Source: Podarcis melisellensis (Eukaryota). From it: a stretch of 64,000 nucleotides of DNA. Position numbers and translations under genes: made by a program. Numbering within the stretch: the stretch's first letter is position 1; each line of letters opens with the position of its first letter. The notes under the pieces are model-generated. The model made no database searches. It was not told the origin of the DNA and worked only from the letters and a program-made list of their open reading frames with translations. Where the stretch lies: the NCBI GenBank assembly GCA_964234715.1, contig OZ174275.1, one strand, 5' to 3'. Shown piece after piece: positions 12,676 through 26,222 of the stretch.

Positions 12676-13863
12676 AATGTCTAGGACAGGAGAGGGAACT
12701 TTTTTTGACTCCATGGGCCAGTTCCTTATCAGGATCAGTCTTGTGGGTCAAATGTGACAGGCGGATGGGATCACCCACCTGTCAATTTTGTGATAATAAC
12801 ATGGTTGAGAGAGTGGGCAGCCACGCTCACCTGTTAAAATCCCTTGCTGGAGAGCTGTTAAAATGCAGGGCAGGGGAGGTGCTTTGGAAAGCAGTTTGGC
12901 AGTTTAGCCCCTGCTCAGCATGCACCTCTCAGGGAAAGGGATAAAGAAGCCCTTCCCAAGGAACAGCCTACTTTAAGGGGTCTTTCCCCCCTCCTCTTGG
13001 GAGGCATGACTTCTTTGTGCGGTGATCCAGAAAAATACTAGGTCTGTGTGATTCAGCTGCAACCACCTCTTTCCAAGGGAAATGCATACACAGCGAAAGC
13101 AAGCAGACTAGGCATTTTTCTGCTGTGTTCTTTGGCCGTGTGTGCCTGTTCTGAAGAGTGAGCAGGGGCACTTGACCAAACTAAGCATGATTTGTCCACT
13201 GCATGTCAGCTGTTAAGTGGGGGTTAAATCCTACAGTGCAGAATTGTGCCAAATGACACTAGACAATGGTAAATGTTCTTACACCCAGTGGCTAAACTAG
13301 AAACAGAAATCTACAAGTGAATGGCACCGTTTTCTAATTTCAGACACCCTTTCCTCAATATGCTATAGGCTCAAAAGTACAGGAACTGCAGAAAGGCCCT
13401 GTGACATGTGTCAGGGAGCCATTACAAAGCACACCCTCTTGAGCACCTGGGAGCATCAGACCTCCTTCACATTTTGTCTCCCACAACCAACATGGGTGGT
13501 GAACACCAGCACACCCAGGCTGCTGTGCAAAGTGTGAACTGACTCTTAGTAAATTTGCAAGTCATTTCTGAGGGAATATATTTTAAGGAATTCTACAAAG
13601 GTTTCATTTGTGTAAGTTGGATCCAGCTGCTACGTATCTGAAAATCTGACCCAAGGCATTCACTGTGACATTGAAACCAGTAACACCAAGGAAAATGTCA
13701 GAATTTAAAAACAAAACAAAACTCCTCATTGGTAGCCATTCTACACTGTAGTGCAATTGTAACAAAACCCCCTTCTGTCCATTACAATGAGTTGCTTAAA
13801 ACATAGTAAATTTAGGCCAGCACTGCGTTTCCAATAGTGATCAATTCCTAATGCACTATAAAA

Positions 13864-14009
13864 GGCACTCATCTCAGTTTACTGGCTGAGGGAGCCGGCG
13901 TACAGCTTCCGGGTCATGTGGCCAGCATGACTAAGCCGCTTCTGGCGAACCAGAGCAGCGCACGGAAACGTCGTTTACCTTCCTGCCAGACCGGTAACTA
14001 TTTATCTAC
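13864..14009 (+). mobile_element. Sauria SINE internal fragment (lacertid-type)
   Basis: gagggagccggcgtacagcttccgggtcatgtggccagcatgactaagccgcttctggcgaaccagagcagcgcacggaaacg matches the Sauria SINE body as I recall it; CpGs retained, so young. Confidence 0.9.
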
Positions 14010-17004
14010 GAAGCATTAATAAATCACTTTGTTCTCTGTTGTTCACTCCAGCAATTTAAGGTCAAGGAATACAGTGAGCGTGTCTTGTCCTGAACTTCTT
14101 AGGCAATTAATTTAGCTTTTGAAAAGACCACTACTCTTGTCTTGTTTACATAGTCACTTGAAGCAACGCCTAATTGGCAGACATGGTCACATTTGCTTAC
14201 AGCATCAAGGAGTAATTCAAAGTCTACATAAAATTGAAAGAAAGACTATCCAGAATCCATATACCTCCTTATTGTCACCAGGATACAAACCAATGAAAAG
14301 AATACTGTGGCTCACTGTAGTAACTCATTTGGGCTGAGCCACAGGAAGCACAAGGTGATCGGGACAACTCAGAAGTAATAAGCATGGAGGAGCAGCTTAT
14401 TCTGATCTGTAAGATTCCCTCTGTAAGCTAAATTGGAACAATGGTATTTATATAGGGTAACAACTACAATTTAACATCCTTCAAAACAGTTTGGAAATCA
14501 TCAGTTAAGTAAGGAAGTCCTGGCTATGCTGACTATACTTCCAAAGATGAAAAAGAATCTAATTGTGGAAGGATGTGTGGATCCAGAATTGGCCTCCAAA
14601 GTCACTTACGGACACACCGTTAAGACCATGCTCATGGAAGACAATCTTACTCAGCCATGAGTGATCGCCAAAGAAGAGAGAAATAGAAGGACACTCACAG
14701 CAGGAAACTGCCAATAAAGATAGTTGGATTAGAAAAAATATAACAGGACACCTCTTAGCCATGAAGTGTTCCTTCACAACTGAAATAACAGATGTGCATA
14801 CCAGCCAACAAGCTCAGCCGTCACTTTTCCCAATTCCTATGCTTCTGGCCGCTTTTTCATTTTAAAAGTGCTGAATAAAGAATTAAAGCGTTTATCTATT
14901 CATTTCTCCCAAAGTAGTGAAACTTCCTTAAAAGTGCAAAACTATTCCAACCAGGGGAAGAACTGATGGTGACACTGTGGGGTGGGATGAGGCATCCAAT
15001 CTGCGCAGTGCATAGCGTGCAGAACTCAGCCCTAGAGAGGATCATGAATGCTTCAAGAGAATACAGGGACCCCAAACCTAACCACTCTATGCCTGCTATA
15101 TCTGCCTTCTTCCACATTCCACATTTTCCACACTACTTGTTCTTCCCTCTTTTCTTATTCTCCTTAAGAGAGTATCTTCAGGTGTACTTTCTCCCAGATG
15201 CTTTGGGATTTCCACAGAATACAGCATGCTCTATTATTCATGCCTGTTCATTAACCTATAATATTTATTTTTTAAAGGTGGATCTCATTAGTGTCACAAT
15301 GACGATTATGTCACTATACCTGTGTTCCATGGCAAAGTGACAAAGGCAGCAACCCATGTCTAATAGCTAGCCAATGGCAGCACAATGTCCATTTTACTCT
15401 TAGTGCTTCAAGAATCACGAAGTAGATCTTAGGTTTCTACGTAGCTAGAGCAAACAGGAGCAATTCAGCAGAACTGTTTCACATCAATAGCTCTCTGTTG
15501 CTGAAGCCCATGGGTGGGAAACCTGGAAGCCTGTAGGTCTGATTTGGCCACTCAGGCCATCCTCATCCCAACGCACCCACCTGTTACTCACCTGATGTTG
15601 CAGGCAGAAGCTGAGCCTCGTTGGCTGAGTCTCTTTGCAAGGGAGGGAGGGGTCACTCCCTGGTCCCCACCTTTTCAGGAGAGGGAGGGGGCTTGGGAAG
15701 GGGGCTTCTTCCCACCCTCCACCAGCCCACCTGCCTGTTCTCATGATGGCAGGCCGTTGTGACTCTTGGACAGGCTAGCTGGGGCTGGGCCAAACTGCAG
15801 CACACTCATTTGCCACATACTATTGGGGGTCCCTGCTTGCTTCTTGTTTCTGTATAAGGCGGACATGTGAGGTGAATCCCCACTTTGGAAACCGCTACTG
15901 GAGCATTCATTGGGTATCTGCCACAGCAATAATTAAGGACAAAAACTGAAGGCCTCCCTGTCCAGTGGCCAACTGGCCATATCAATTTTCTCTGTTGGCT
16001 CTCCCTGACAAAAGAGCACCTTCTGCCCTTCTGAGCACCCTAACCTAAGAAGGATATTGACAAGCTGGAAGGTGTGCAGAGGAAAGCAACCAAGATTATG
16101 TACAACAGAAAAATGGTATGCAGCCCAATCCAGATCGGGGCCAGCTACTTTCTTTCTAAAAACAAAGGAGGTTGATTTAAGCATGCTTGTGTTAAAACAC
16201 ATGATTAATGTCATCTGTAGTTTGGTCCTCAGTTTCTGTTCTGAGTTGCCATATTCTATTTTTGGAAAGAACTATAGAAAGAAAAGAGATAACTTTGGTG
16301 AAAGAGGAGTAGAGAGAACAGGGATTAAGCATGTCTCTCTCAAGCCGAGGAGGATGAGCTGTTCAGTGGAAATTTGTTCACTTTACGCTTGTAGGCCTCA
16401 TAGTTTGTTTCCATCAAAAGCAAAACAGCGAGTTGGGCTGCAGTTAAGCTTATTTACAGTAGCTAAGGATGCAACCACCGGGTGAGATATTTCATTTGTA
16501 GTGGGAGCAAGAGAGGAATTTCCCTAGGAACAGTGGGGTGAGACTGATGGAATGAAGGCAGAACCTTGTTGTCCTCTTTTCAGCATGAGCTGGGGGGGGG
16601 GGGAGCCAGGCAGTAGCACAGCAGAAAGGCAAGTGGTATACGGCTGCAGAACAGAGAAAGGTTGATTTGAAAGTGAAGTCAGAGTAAAGGCTTAAAAGCA
16701 TGTATAACATCACCAGACATCTTTTTGGAGGGTGGGGGTGGGGTGGAGGAGGTAGTGTGAGAACAGGAATTTGCAAGACTGTGGAACCACGGATGCAGTG
16801 GTTGTGCAACATGGCAGGTCTGCGCACACGTGGAGGAAAAAACTGGGTGATGTGTGTGCTCAAAAGGCAAGCAAGAGGTAAAGTGGGTGGTCATAAAGAG
16901 TGTCCAGAAAAGGGAGAAGGGAAAGGATAGTCAGGTAGTCAGGTTGTTCAGTGGAGGCTGGGGGCTGGTGGGGGGGGAAGAGGAGGTGGAAGGGAAGTTC
17001 TTAC

Positions 17005-17052
17005 CACATTTGGAAAGTCTCCCAGTCATCAACTCCATACAGTTAGTGGTGT
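17005..17052 (-). CDS. BRSK2: BRSK2 48-nt exon (~exon 19, skippable), (D)TTNCMELMTGRLSKC
   Basis: Acceptor tacgatctag|AC, donor GTG|gtaaga; symmetric phase 1-1; peptide in ORF 16931..17260. Confidence 0.95.
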
Positions 17053-18046
17053 CTAGATCGTAAGAGTGGAAAGAGGAAGGAGGGAAAACAATATAAAAAA
17101 TCGTTTCCAGATCTCTTCGTAGAAGGCAGTAATGTAGCAATTTTTTTCCTGGAGCAGAAAGTATATATGGATTGGCATTTCTACACTCAGTTGAGATTCT
17201 TCCTAAACCTATGCTAGAAGTGTGTTTTTTGGAATCAACCATGTAACACAGAGCAAACACTTTCTCCTCCCTATCGCTGCCATATATTTAATATATGTGT
17301 TACAATGAATGTCCAAGATTTGGTGACTTTTACATCCTGACTACCTCAGACAAATTTTGTGAAAAATATCCAAAAATCTAAAGACCCACAAGTGAATTCT
17401 GAGAGCTAATCAAATGTCAGCATTTACTTGGGTATGTCTGAAAGATGAGAGAAATACAACAAATGACAACTAGGACTGGCTTCATTCCCACATGAATGCT
17501 GACATTCACCAAATTTCATACATTCACTGTAAAACCTACAGAAAGAAAAATAAAATACTTTGCAACATAGAAATCCTTGGAAAAGGCTGTTCAGCTAGAT
17601 CAAATGTGTGAGTCCATTATGATGACTCATAGCACTATGAACATCATTGTCACTAAAATAAAAGCAAAGTATTATTCTACATGTACTCAAGATGCCAAGC
17701 TATCTTCTTTCACTACTATCTCGTCCACCTCGGGAGCTATAAATGCTATGATATCTTGGGCTTCTCCAGACAACTTATTTTATCCCTTAAAACATTCATA
17801 GCCTGCTTCTCCTAAGAGTTTATGGCAGCTAGTAAAATGGAAAGAATTACAAAAAGAGTGGAAAAAATGTATATTTATTTATTTAAAACTACCTCCAAAA
17901 AGTTCTTCCTATTGCTAGCAATAAATGCAGTTTCCACTTGGCGCCAGCAGTAGTAATAGCACCCCCCATGAAAAGGGTTGGGGCTATCTCTCTTTCAAAG
18001 GAGGGGGCAGTCATTCCCCTCCTTGCAGAGCTGTGTTTTGGGATTA

Positions 18047-18287
18047 CAGTGGAACCTTGGTTGTCAAACGTAATCCGTTCCAGAAGACTGTTCGACTTCC
18101 GAAATGTTTGACAACAGAGGTGCAATTGCTGGTCAGCAAATTCCTTTGAAAAAATGGAGAAATGTGCCTTGGAAGCCATTCGACTTCCGAGGCACGTTCG
18201 AAAACAGAAGCATTCACTTCCAGGTTGTCGGTGTTCGGGTTCCGAATTGTTTGGCTTCTGAAGCGTTCGACAACCGAGGGTCTACTG
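18047..18287. mobile_element. Tc1/mariner (pogo/Tigger-like) MITE, 241 bp
   Basis: 24-bp TIRs CAGTGGAACCTTGGTTGTCAAACG versus CAGTAGACCCTCGGTTGTCGAACG (20/24 identical); TA on both flanks (18045-18046, 18288-18289); internal TTCGA repeats. Confidence 0.9.
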
Positions 18288-18398
18288 TACTTCAAAAATG
18301 AGAGACATTCAGGATGGCAGCCATAAGGGGTGGGTCAGGGCAAGAATATGTTTTGACAGTAACAGCACAAGTTTGGGGCTTGTGAAAAGTAACGACTC

Positions 18399-18652
18399 CA
18401 GGAGCAGCCCATTCCGTTTTGGCGCCTGAGGCGAAAAGGGAGGTTTCCATTTCCCCCTTTCCCAACGCTAAAGCCAGAGTTTTGCTGCTGCCGATTCTCT
18501 TTAGTTTTCTAGGGAAGGCAAGAGGTACCTGGGGAACTCTGTTTGCTGGAGAAGTAAGAAGTGGCAGTAGCAAGAGCTCTTCCTGGCAGAATCCTGCTGC
18601 CTGAGGCAATTGCCTTGGCGAGCCTAATCATAACGCTGGCTAGGCTTGACTC
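18399..18652. mobile_element. Degraded non-autonomous DNA transposon (hAT-like)
   Basis: Sub-terminal GCCTGAGGC motifs near both ends (ttttggcgcctgaggcgaaa ... ctgcctgaggcaattgcc); termini eroded, no clear TSD. Confidence 0.45.
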
Positions 18653-19454
18653 ACAAAGGAAGCAGTTGGTGGTAGGCCCAACTCAAGGTTTTTGGCTGCC
18701 GCCCCCATGTGTCTTATCTTATGCTGAGCAACACAACAACAGACCATCTTAAGGCAGCTTCTGCACTAGGGCTCTTTAACGCTGATCAGACATTGCTCTC
18801 CTGTGATGAGCCTGAAGCAAAAAGAAACAGTGGCTCTGCAATATAGCACCATATATTGCCTGTAACCACGATGGCAGTGTCCATCTCCATGGGCAAGGAG
18901 GGCATGGGCATGCTAACCTAGCAGCAAGTTCCATACAGCCATGTTTCTGCTTCTTGTGGCTAATGGCCCTTTAATTAGGTCCTTCCTCCTTTGTCTCATT
19001 GCTATTAAAACAATGCCAGAGCAATCCTATGCATATCTACTCAGAAGCATGTCCCACTGAATTCAGTTGGGATGGCAGCCCTCAGAGACATTCCAGCACT
19101 TCCTCCTTTGCAAAGTGGGAAACGCATTGCTAGCAAAGATAGACATTCTCTAAAAGGGGTTAGGTTGTATAAATGTTAGGGTAGAAGAGCAAAGCAAAAG
19201 GATAGGTATGCACCAAACAATCCAGCAGGAAGGGATCTTGGAAAAGAGAGGCAGGTCTAGGGTGACTGTAGATAAGGGAGCATGATCAGAAATAGCAATG
19301 TGAGGAAGGGTCCAGCAGAGTTGAGAATCTGACTGAGAAAGGGCAGCCACCTCTTCCTGCAGAGGCCTTGCACAAGGTGAGAATGTTACAGAAAACAAGG
19401 AAAAGTAGTTATTTAAAAAGTGAAAGGAGAACCTGGAAAGAGTGCATCCATGGG

Positions 19455-19647
19455 ACAAAGATGAAAGACAAGGCTATCAATGGCCACCAAGTCATGATGG
19501 CTCTATATACTGTCTTCATTTGCTGGGGAACAACAGAAGAGGGCCACTGAACTCGTGTCCTGCTTTTGGGCTTCCCAGGGGCATCTGGCTGGTCACTGTG
19601 GGAAACAGAGTGCTGGAACAGATAGGCCTTGGACAGGGCTCCTCTTA
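19455..19647 (+). mobile_element. CR1 LINE 3' end fragment
   Basis: aaggctatcaatggc...gggcttcccaggggcatctggctggtcactgtgggaaacagagtgctggaacagataggcct is typical of the squamate CR1 3' end. Confidence 0.7.
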
Positions 19648-20156
19648 TTTACAAGCCGTTGAAATCATTCCCATGCATGGATGGATGTTTTATTTATTTA
19701 TATATATATATGGGGGGGTGGCTACTGTGATTAACAAGTAACCTGTGTGCTGGCTTCTGTCTCCATCAGTTGTTCTAAGAAAAGTGGAGCTGTTTCTAAG
19801 GTGGGGGTTATAGAGCTTTGAGGATGGAATGCTCAGAAGGGTTTTATTTATGATGCTGGTGGGTCTTATACTCCAGGTTGAGGCCATGCGGTGTTAAGTG
19901 TCCCAGTGTGTACATCCTTGTATTTTCCCTCTTTGCTAACACTTCTGGATCTGTTAGCATATCTATAGCAATTATTGAAAAGTCTGACAGATTCTCAGGA
20001 CTGAAATGTTTAGCAACTGGCTTCACCCCCTTTTTTGGTTTCTAAAACATGTTGGTTGTAGTTTTTATTATGTTCTGGATATGACATCCCTTTTTTGCAG
20101 TCAATTATATGGATTATAATTAGATATGGATTATATTATATGGATTATAATTATAT

Positions 20157-20191
20157 GGACCTAATGGTCAGGGGTCCCTTTACCTTTACCT
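20157..20191 (-). mobile_element. Sauria SINE extreme 5' end (35 bp)
   Basis: Reverse complement reads aggtaaaggtaaagggacccctgaccattaggtcc, the characteristic start of lacertid Sauria SINEs. Confidence 0.75.
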
Positions 20192-23100
20192 ATATGATTA
20201 TATTGCAAGATTTGCTGGTGATGTTCTGTTTTGACAAAAAAGGGTGGAGAAATCCGTAATGTCTATCTTGAAAAAAGCTTCATTTAATTTTACCAGAGCA
20301 GCTGATGAAGGCAGAAGCCGACACACTTTGCTACATAAATAAAGCTCTTTTTGTTAATAAAAATAACATATATATTATTTTAGTGATTAACCAAATCTTA
20401 AAAGGAATCCAGAACTGGCTTGTATGAAGTACTATTTGACACCCCTCCCCCCGTGTGTGTACACATACACAAAACTGGGCATCCATGCAATTTTTTTTGG
20501 TGAAGATTTCCGTCAACTGGAGCTCTCCAATAACCCAGCCATATACCAGACCTGGTCTGCATATGCAGCAGAACGCTGAGGAGGTGGAATAAACTGTGTC
20601 TCTTTGGACTGCAGATATGAGATACCATGTCTGAATGCTCTTCTGTGTGAAAATTCTCTACAAACAGGAAACTAGAGCATTGTGGAGACAGTTTCAGTCC
20701 ACCTTTCTATTGTGCAAGTCTCCTACTTATAGAGTCTCTTATTGTTGTTTAAACACAAATTTTTGTTTAAACACAGAGAATTATTACCAAAAAAATAACC
20801 CCCCACCAGTAGCTCATAGTGATAAAGTATGTTCTGCAATTTCAACACGCATATCATCTCCTCCTCATTTTCTCAATGAATGGCAGCTTTATTTCACAAA
20901 CACAGATGCTGGAAACTGCAGTCCTATTCAGAGATCGTTGCATTTCATAAATAACCAATGATTTCTACTAAAGCTTCTGTGTAAAAAGTTCAGCAAGATT
21001 CACATCAAGACCTACCAAAGAATAAAGCACTACAATTATGCAGGCCTCCCCTTCATCCCACAGGACATTTAAAACAGCTTATCAAAATAATAAGCGTTTA
21101 AGTTTGCATAAATACATAAAGATGAGATGAAGGAACTGTGTGGGACCTACTTTAAATACATCGGTTTCTGATGCTTATCTGATTCTGAAAATAAAGTCAG
21201 CAGGTTGCAACCCAGAAATCCCAACCTTTCCTTAATATTAACAATGCAGGAAGTGTAGTAAGCACAAAATGTCCCACTGCATTGTTAATGGTTACGTATA
21301 GCCTATTGCTGGAAGCTGGAACTTGCAACAATGGCTGAAAAGTTTAGGAACCACCACAGACATAAAACAGGGCAGGGGGAAAGCAGAGAATTCACTGCTC
21401 AGATGAAACAATGGATTATTTTAATACTGCCGTTTATGGAAAGGGATACACAGACAGTTAACTCCTTCCCAGAGGAGGTGTCTGCTAGAGGAAAGCAATC
21501 AGTCCTGATAACAGAACTGGTATCATATGGAAATAATCACTATTCATTCTCAGAAACATCATTTCTTACTAATGGCTATAGATTCGTTCTGTGGAACAAA
21601 AAGAATGCACAAAATTGCTACATGGGCAAAAGTGTGGTACTTTTTTTTCCTATCTACCCAGGCAGGATTCTCCTTTCATTCAATAAGGACTTCTTGGCAG
21701 AGTGAATATCCATGGAGATGGTATTCTCTTTTCACTCTGAAGATCATGGAGCTTCCAGAATTCAGGTGCATGAATGAAAGTGTGTACCTAAGGCTGCCTG
21801 ATCAGTGATCATTTCAAGGAAGAAATCTCCAGTGGCTCAGGGAGCACAGCGCTGAAGCGCTTTGGTGCTGAGTGGCATTTTAGTGGTGCACTTAGCTTTC
21901 ACCTGTGCACTGAGCTTGTTCCAGTTTGCATTAGATCAAAAGTAATAAGCAGAGCGAGTCCCAAGAAGCAGAAATGAGAATGAGAATGGAAGATACTAAC
22001 TGGGATGCGCAGGTGTGACACAGGAACGCACCACTGGAATGAGATACACGCACAGACAAGGAAACGACGCGATGTCTATTAATATTGGTGTGAGCTTGCA
22101 AAGAATGAGAGACAACAGAAAACAGTCCTGTTCTGAAACCCAGGCAAACCAGTTTAATGGGCTGGCCCACAGCTCAGCTGACCAAGCAGGGTCCGGAGAT
22201 GTAGCAAGCATCACCTCCACGAAGTCACAAGTCCTTGCTGGCAGTGATGGAGCTGGAGACATGTTCAGAGATGGGGTCACCTAGCTGCAAGGTACATCTG
22301 TTGCAATATACTGTATCACCCCTCTCCCTCTCGCAGTACATACAGTATATGTTTGTGCACAGAGAGGCCTCCAGTCACTCACCTGTAATGGCACCTGACC
22401 TGGAACGTGGGGAACACTGTTTTGCTAGAGCAGGTGAGCTCTCTGAACTTCTCCAGAGGCTAGAATCACTTACAAATGCTTTGCACTTTAATCTGTGAGT
22501 TACAGATTAAATGAACATTGATTTCGACTGAGGCTGCTTTTGAAGTAAGCAACTGTTCCTCACAGAATGCAGCTTGATTTGGAGTTACCCAGGCTGCAAA
22601 GACATTATGCTAAGCTGAATGGCCCCTCGTGATTCTATGACCTCCTGGGTGCCAGGGGACAAGAAGGTGGCTTTTGTGTTGGAAGGAGGGCAGCATTCCT
22701 TCCCATGCCCATTCAAGGCTCATCTGGCAATTATCCTGGGAACAATTCCTCATTAATTCTATTCCATTTTAAAAACAGCGTCATTTGGTGCCAACTTCTC
22801 AATAATTCCTATCCCATTTCAAATGAGCATCATTTTGGTGACATTTTTGCTTCCCTGTTTTCTCAACCACAGCCTGGACATCCATATAATTTTTAAATCA
22901 CAGCCACATACGAAATAAATGTTTCTTGTCAAGAATTCCATCCAGTCACAGGTTTATTTTAGTCTGAATTCACAGAAAGTGGAGGCTGTTTAATAAGTCA
23001 CTATGAGTAAAAGCTACACATGGGAAGTTTGTTCTCTGTTGTTATTGTTGTTAGCCTCAAAAAGATGCTAACCTTATTGAACTCTTCTAAAAGCATGAAG

Positions 23101-24339
23101 AGCTGGGGCTAGTGAGGACAAAGGCAACTTTCTTCCCATGTGGCTACAACCACTGCATGATGAATTTATATAAGAAGCAGTCATCCTGCAGTGCTGAGTC
23201 TTGGAACCTACCCTGATGCTCCCTTTGCTTATTAATTTGAAACTCCTTGTTTCCTATCCTAGACCAGCCAGACATCTGCAGATGCAAAGTAAGTGACAGC
23301 AGTCTGTCTGACCAGATTCAAATTATATTGATCAGTTTTAGACATCTAGTAATTCTTTCCCAATCCATGCTCTCATTTGTGAATGGCTGCCCATCTCTTC
23401 CCGTTGATATATTTCTCACATGCTTGTCATCACAAGGGTGGCTTTAAAGGGTGAGATTAGCTACCACTGGCATAGAGAGAAATTGGACTTTGGGTCTATG
23501 TACCTCATGTTTTGTTCTGTTTTTCCCATACACTTTACAACAGACAAACGTTTCCTGTAGTGTTGCAGAGTTGTTGTTGTTTGCTTGGAAGAAGCTAAAT
23601 CCGCTTATCCTAGTGACCTTCACGAGGTGAAGCAGTGAAGATCTGGGCTTGTGGAAGGCTAGAGAGGTAGTAGGGGAATTGCTAAATGAAGAGATTGCTA
23701 GTAGATAAATGTTCATCCCATTCATGAAAGGGCTAAAGGGTAATAAAAAATTATTTCCTGGTGGAGTGTGGCATAAAACTGTAACAGGCGAGATATTTCT
23801 GCCATTGCTCAGCCATTTCCACTTCATTAAAGTGAGCAGGTAAAATGGCATGTGGCTTCTTCAGAGTAAGTGACTTTCCAAAAATCAGTCTTGCTCTAAA
23901 CTTCCAATAATTCCCACTTGCTAGCAAAAGTCACTTCCTCCCCAGGAGCTAACTCAGGCCATTGTTTCTTTTAAAAAATGGTTTGTAGAGGACTCTTTCA
24001 TCAGATACATTTTGAGGCATGTCCATGATTTTGGGGTGGGGAGGATTTTTGGAATTAAACAAACTGCTGATGACACTTCCTGTGAAAAGGGGGACAAATG
24101 GCTCTTGGGGCAGGGCAGGGCAGTTCACGTGGAGGTGGGGGGGATGCATTTAGGAAATGGGAATTGGTGCAAGGCAGGTGGGAGTGGAGCAAATGGCAAG
24201 GGAGAGATGTGCAGAGGAGTCTTACTGTTTGTGCTGAATGAAACTAGTTTTCTAGGTGCAACTTGAGGGCTATGCTGATAGGTGCTTCCAATTCATGTCC
24301 TTGCCTGAAGCAAAGCACTGAGCTGTGGAAGCTACTTAC

Positions 24340-24429
24340 CTGATAACTGCTGCACTGAAGGCTGGTCATGTGTGCTTAACAACTGTGCCTGAATGGTTTC
24401 TACTACCCTCTTAAAGCGACGGCTTGGAC
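24340..24429 (-). CDS. BRSK2: BRSK2 coding exon (~exon 18), 90 nt, (G)[29 protein letters not shown]
   Basis: Acceptor tcttttcacag|GT, donor CAG|gtaagt; phase 1-1. Confidence 0.97.
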
Positions 24430-26029
24430 CTGTGAAAAGACACATCGGACTGTGAGTTGTGGAAGAACTGAACACTGCTGTGGAAGGGAGAGTGTAGGAA
24501 GAGAGCACATTTCCATTAACTTTTCTGCTCAGTATTAGACTGCATCTGAAAGCTTCTCATCCTTATGTTTACAAATATGTCCAATTCCCTTCTGTTAATT
24601 ATTTCCACTCCTTTATATTCCCCCCATGCCACCATTTTGCTGCTCCTCTGCCAGCCCCTCTGGCTTCTCTCTCTCACTCCTGCCTCTGGGCTTCCAGCCA
24701 TGCTGCTCCCTATGCTCAGAATAGACCCCACCTCTCTGTTCAGCAAATAATTTCATTTTTCTCTCCCAAGTCCTTATCTCAAGACTCACTTATGCAACAA
24801 AGTTTTTTTTCAGAAGCAGCTACCAGAGGCTCACTTTACCTGCTCCTCCATTACTAATTTAGTCTCTCTTTCTTGATCCCCATGACTTTCTATCAATCCT
24901 TGAGCTTTCTTCTATCTTGCCTAGTTAATGAAAATGGCAAATCCTCTAGAAAGGAATGGTGTCACTTTTATGTTCTGTACAGCATGCACCTAAGGACCTT
25001 GTTCCAGCTCTATGAAAGTTTAATATTAGTAGCAGTAGGTTATGCCTATCACATTCTTAATAAAGCTTTATGAAGACACACTTCCCTCTGAAACTTACTA
25101 GACCTTCCAGCTCCCTTGCAACATCTGTAGATCTCATTATATTATACTTAACTACCTAGTTCGTATACCCCTGGTACCTCTACCATTTCTCCCCAACATG
25201 GCCAGCAAAAAAACACTGTTCCTTGTTTGCTTGTTTGTATTTTTTAAAAAACACTGCTTAGTCTCCAGGATTTTGTGTAACCCAAATCCCCAAAGCAAAG
25301 TAGAACTATATGTAATCTAAATAACCATCCATTTCCAAAGCTTTTGCATTTTTTAAAAGCACTCCAGAACAGCTGGCGTCCCATGAAGCTAAACACAGTC
25401 AGTATGACTAAAGAGGGTGGAGTGGTAAACTCAACCCACCTCAATTTGAGTACTGCTCGTCATGTAATGTGGCTTACCAAGTGTTTGACAGGCCTACCAT
25501 TTTATTTTTTTTAGTCTCAGGCAGGCAACAAAAGCAGATTTACTGAGTCCCTGTTGGACCGCCATACCTGGATGATGGACAACGTTCATCCGTGCAAGTC
25601 ACAAGCTACACGTACCTGCTCCACTAGGCTAAATGCCCCAAATAACATCTTAAGGGCACCAATTTTGAAAGCTCTCTTCTAGAATTCTGAAGACTAGTTT
25701 GACTGCTAAAATGTTTCCTTTTGAAGCTGCCTCAAACACAAATAAATCCAGAGAGGCAGCTGTGTTAATCTGTTGCAGCGAAAACAACAGAAAGTTTTGT
25801 GGCACTTTTAAAGACCAATGAATGGTATATTTGATCGTCAACCCTACACAGGAAAAGAAATTCAAACTATGTAAATCACTGTGTGTGATAAGTGCATTTC
25901 ACAGCATGTATATCTGACATTCACACAGAAGGAAAACATAAGCTGTGTTAGTAAGCTACAACTGTTAGCAGTATAATTATGCACATGCATGGCAAAAAAG
26001 TGTGATGTGCAATTTTCCACACATGATGA

Positions 26030-26222
26030 CCAGCAATTTGGATGGCTTTAAGAGAGGATTAGACATGTCCATAAAATATAACACTATCAATGGCTATTAG
26101 CCACAATGCCTATGTTCTGACTCTACTGTCTGAGACAGTCTGTGAATGCCAGTTGTTGGGAATCACAACTGGGGAGGCTGTGGTTGCACCCAGGGGTCCT
26201 GATCCAGCAGGGATTTTCTTAC
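26030..26222 (+). mobile_element. CR1 LINE 3' end fragment
   Basis: ttggatggctttaagagaggattagac...ctatcaatggctattagcc...cctgatccagcagg; same family as 19455-19647. Confidence 0.7.

Noticed and set aside
21996-22290. Possible alternative last exon after gcagctag (GDPISEHVSSSITASKDL*)
   Set aside because: Poor polypyrimidine tract, competing AGs and no recognisable homology
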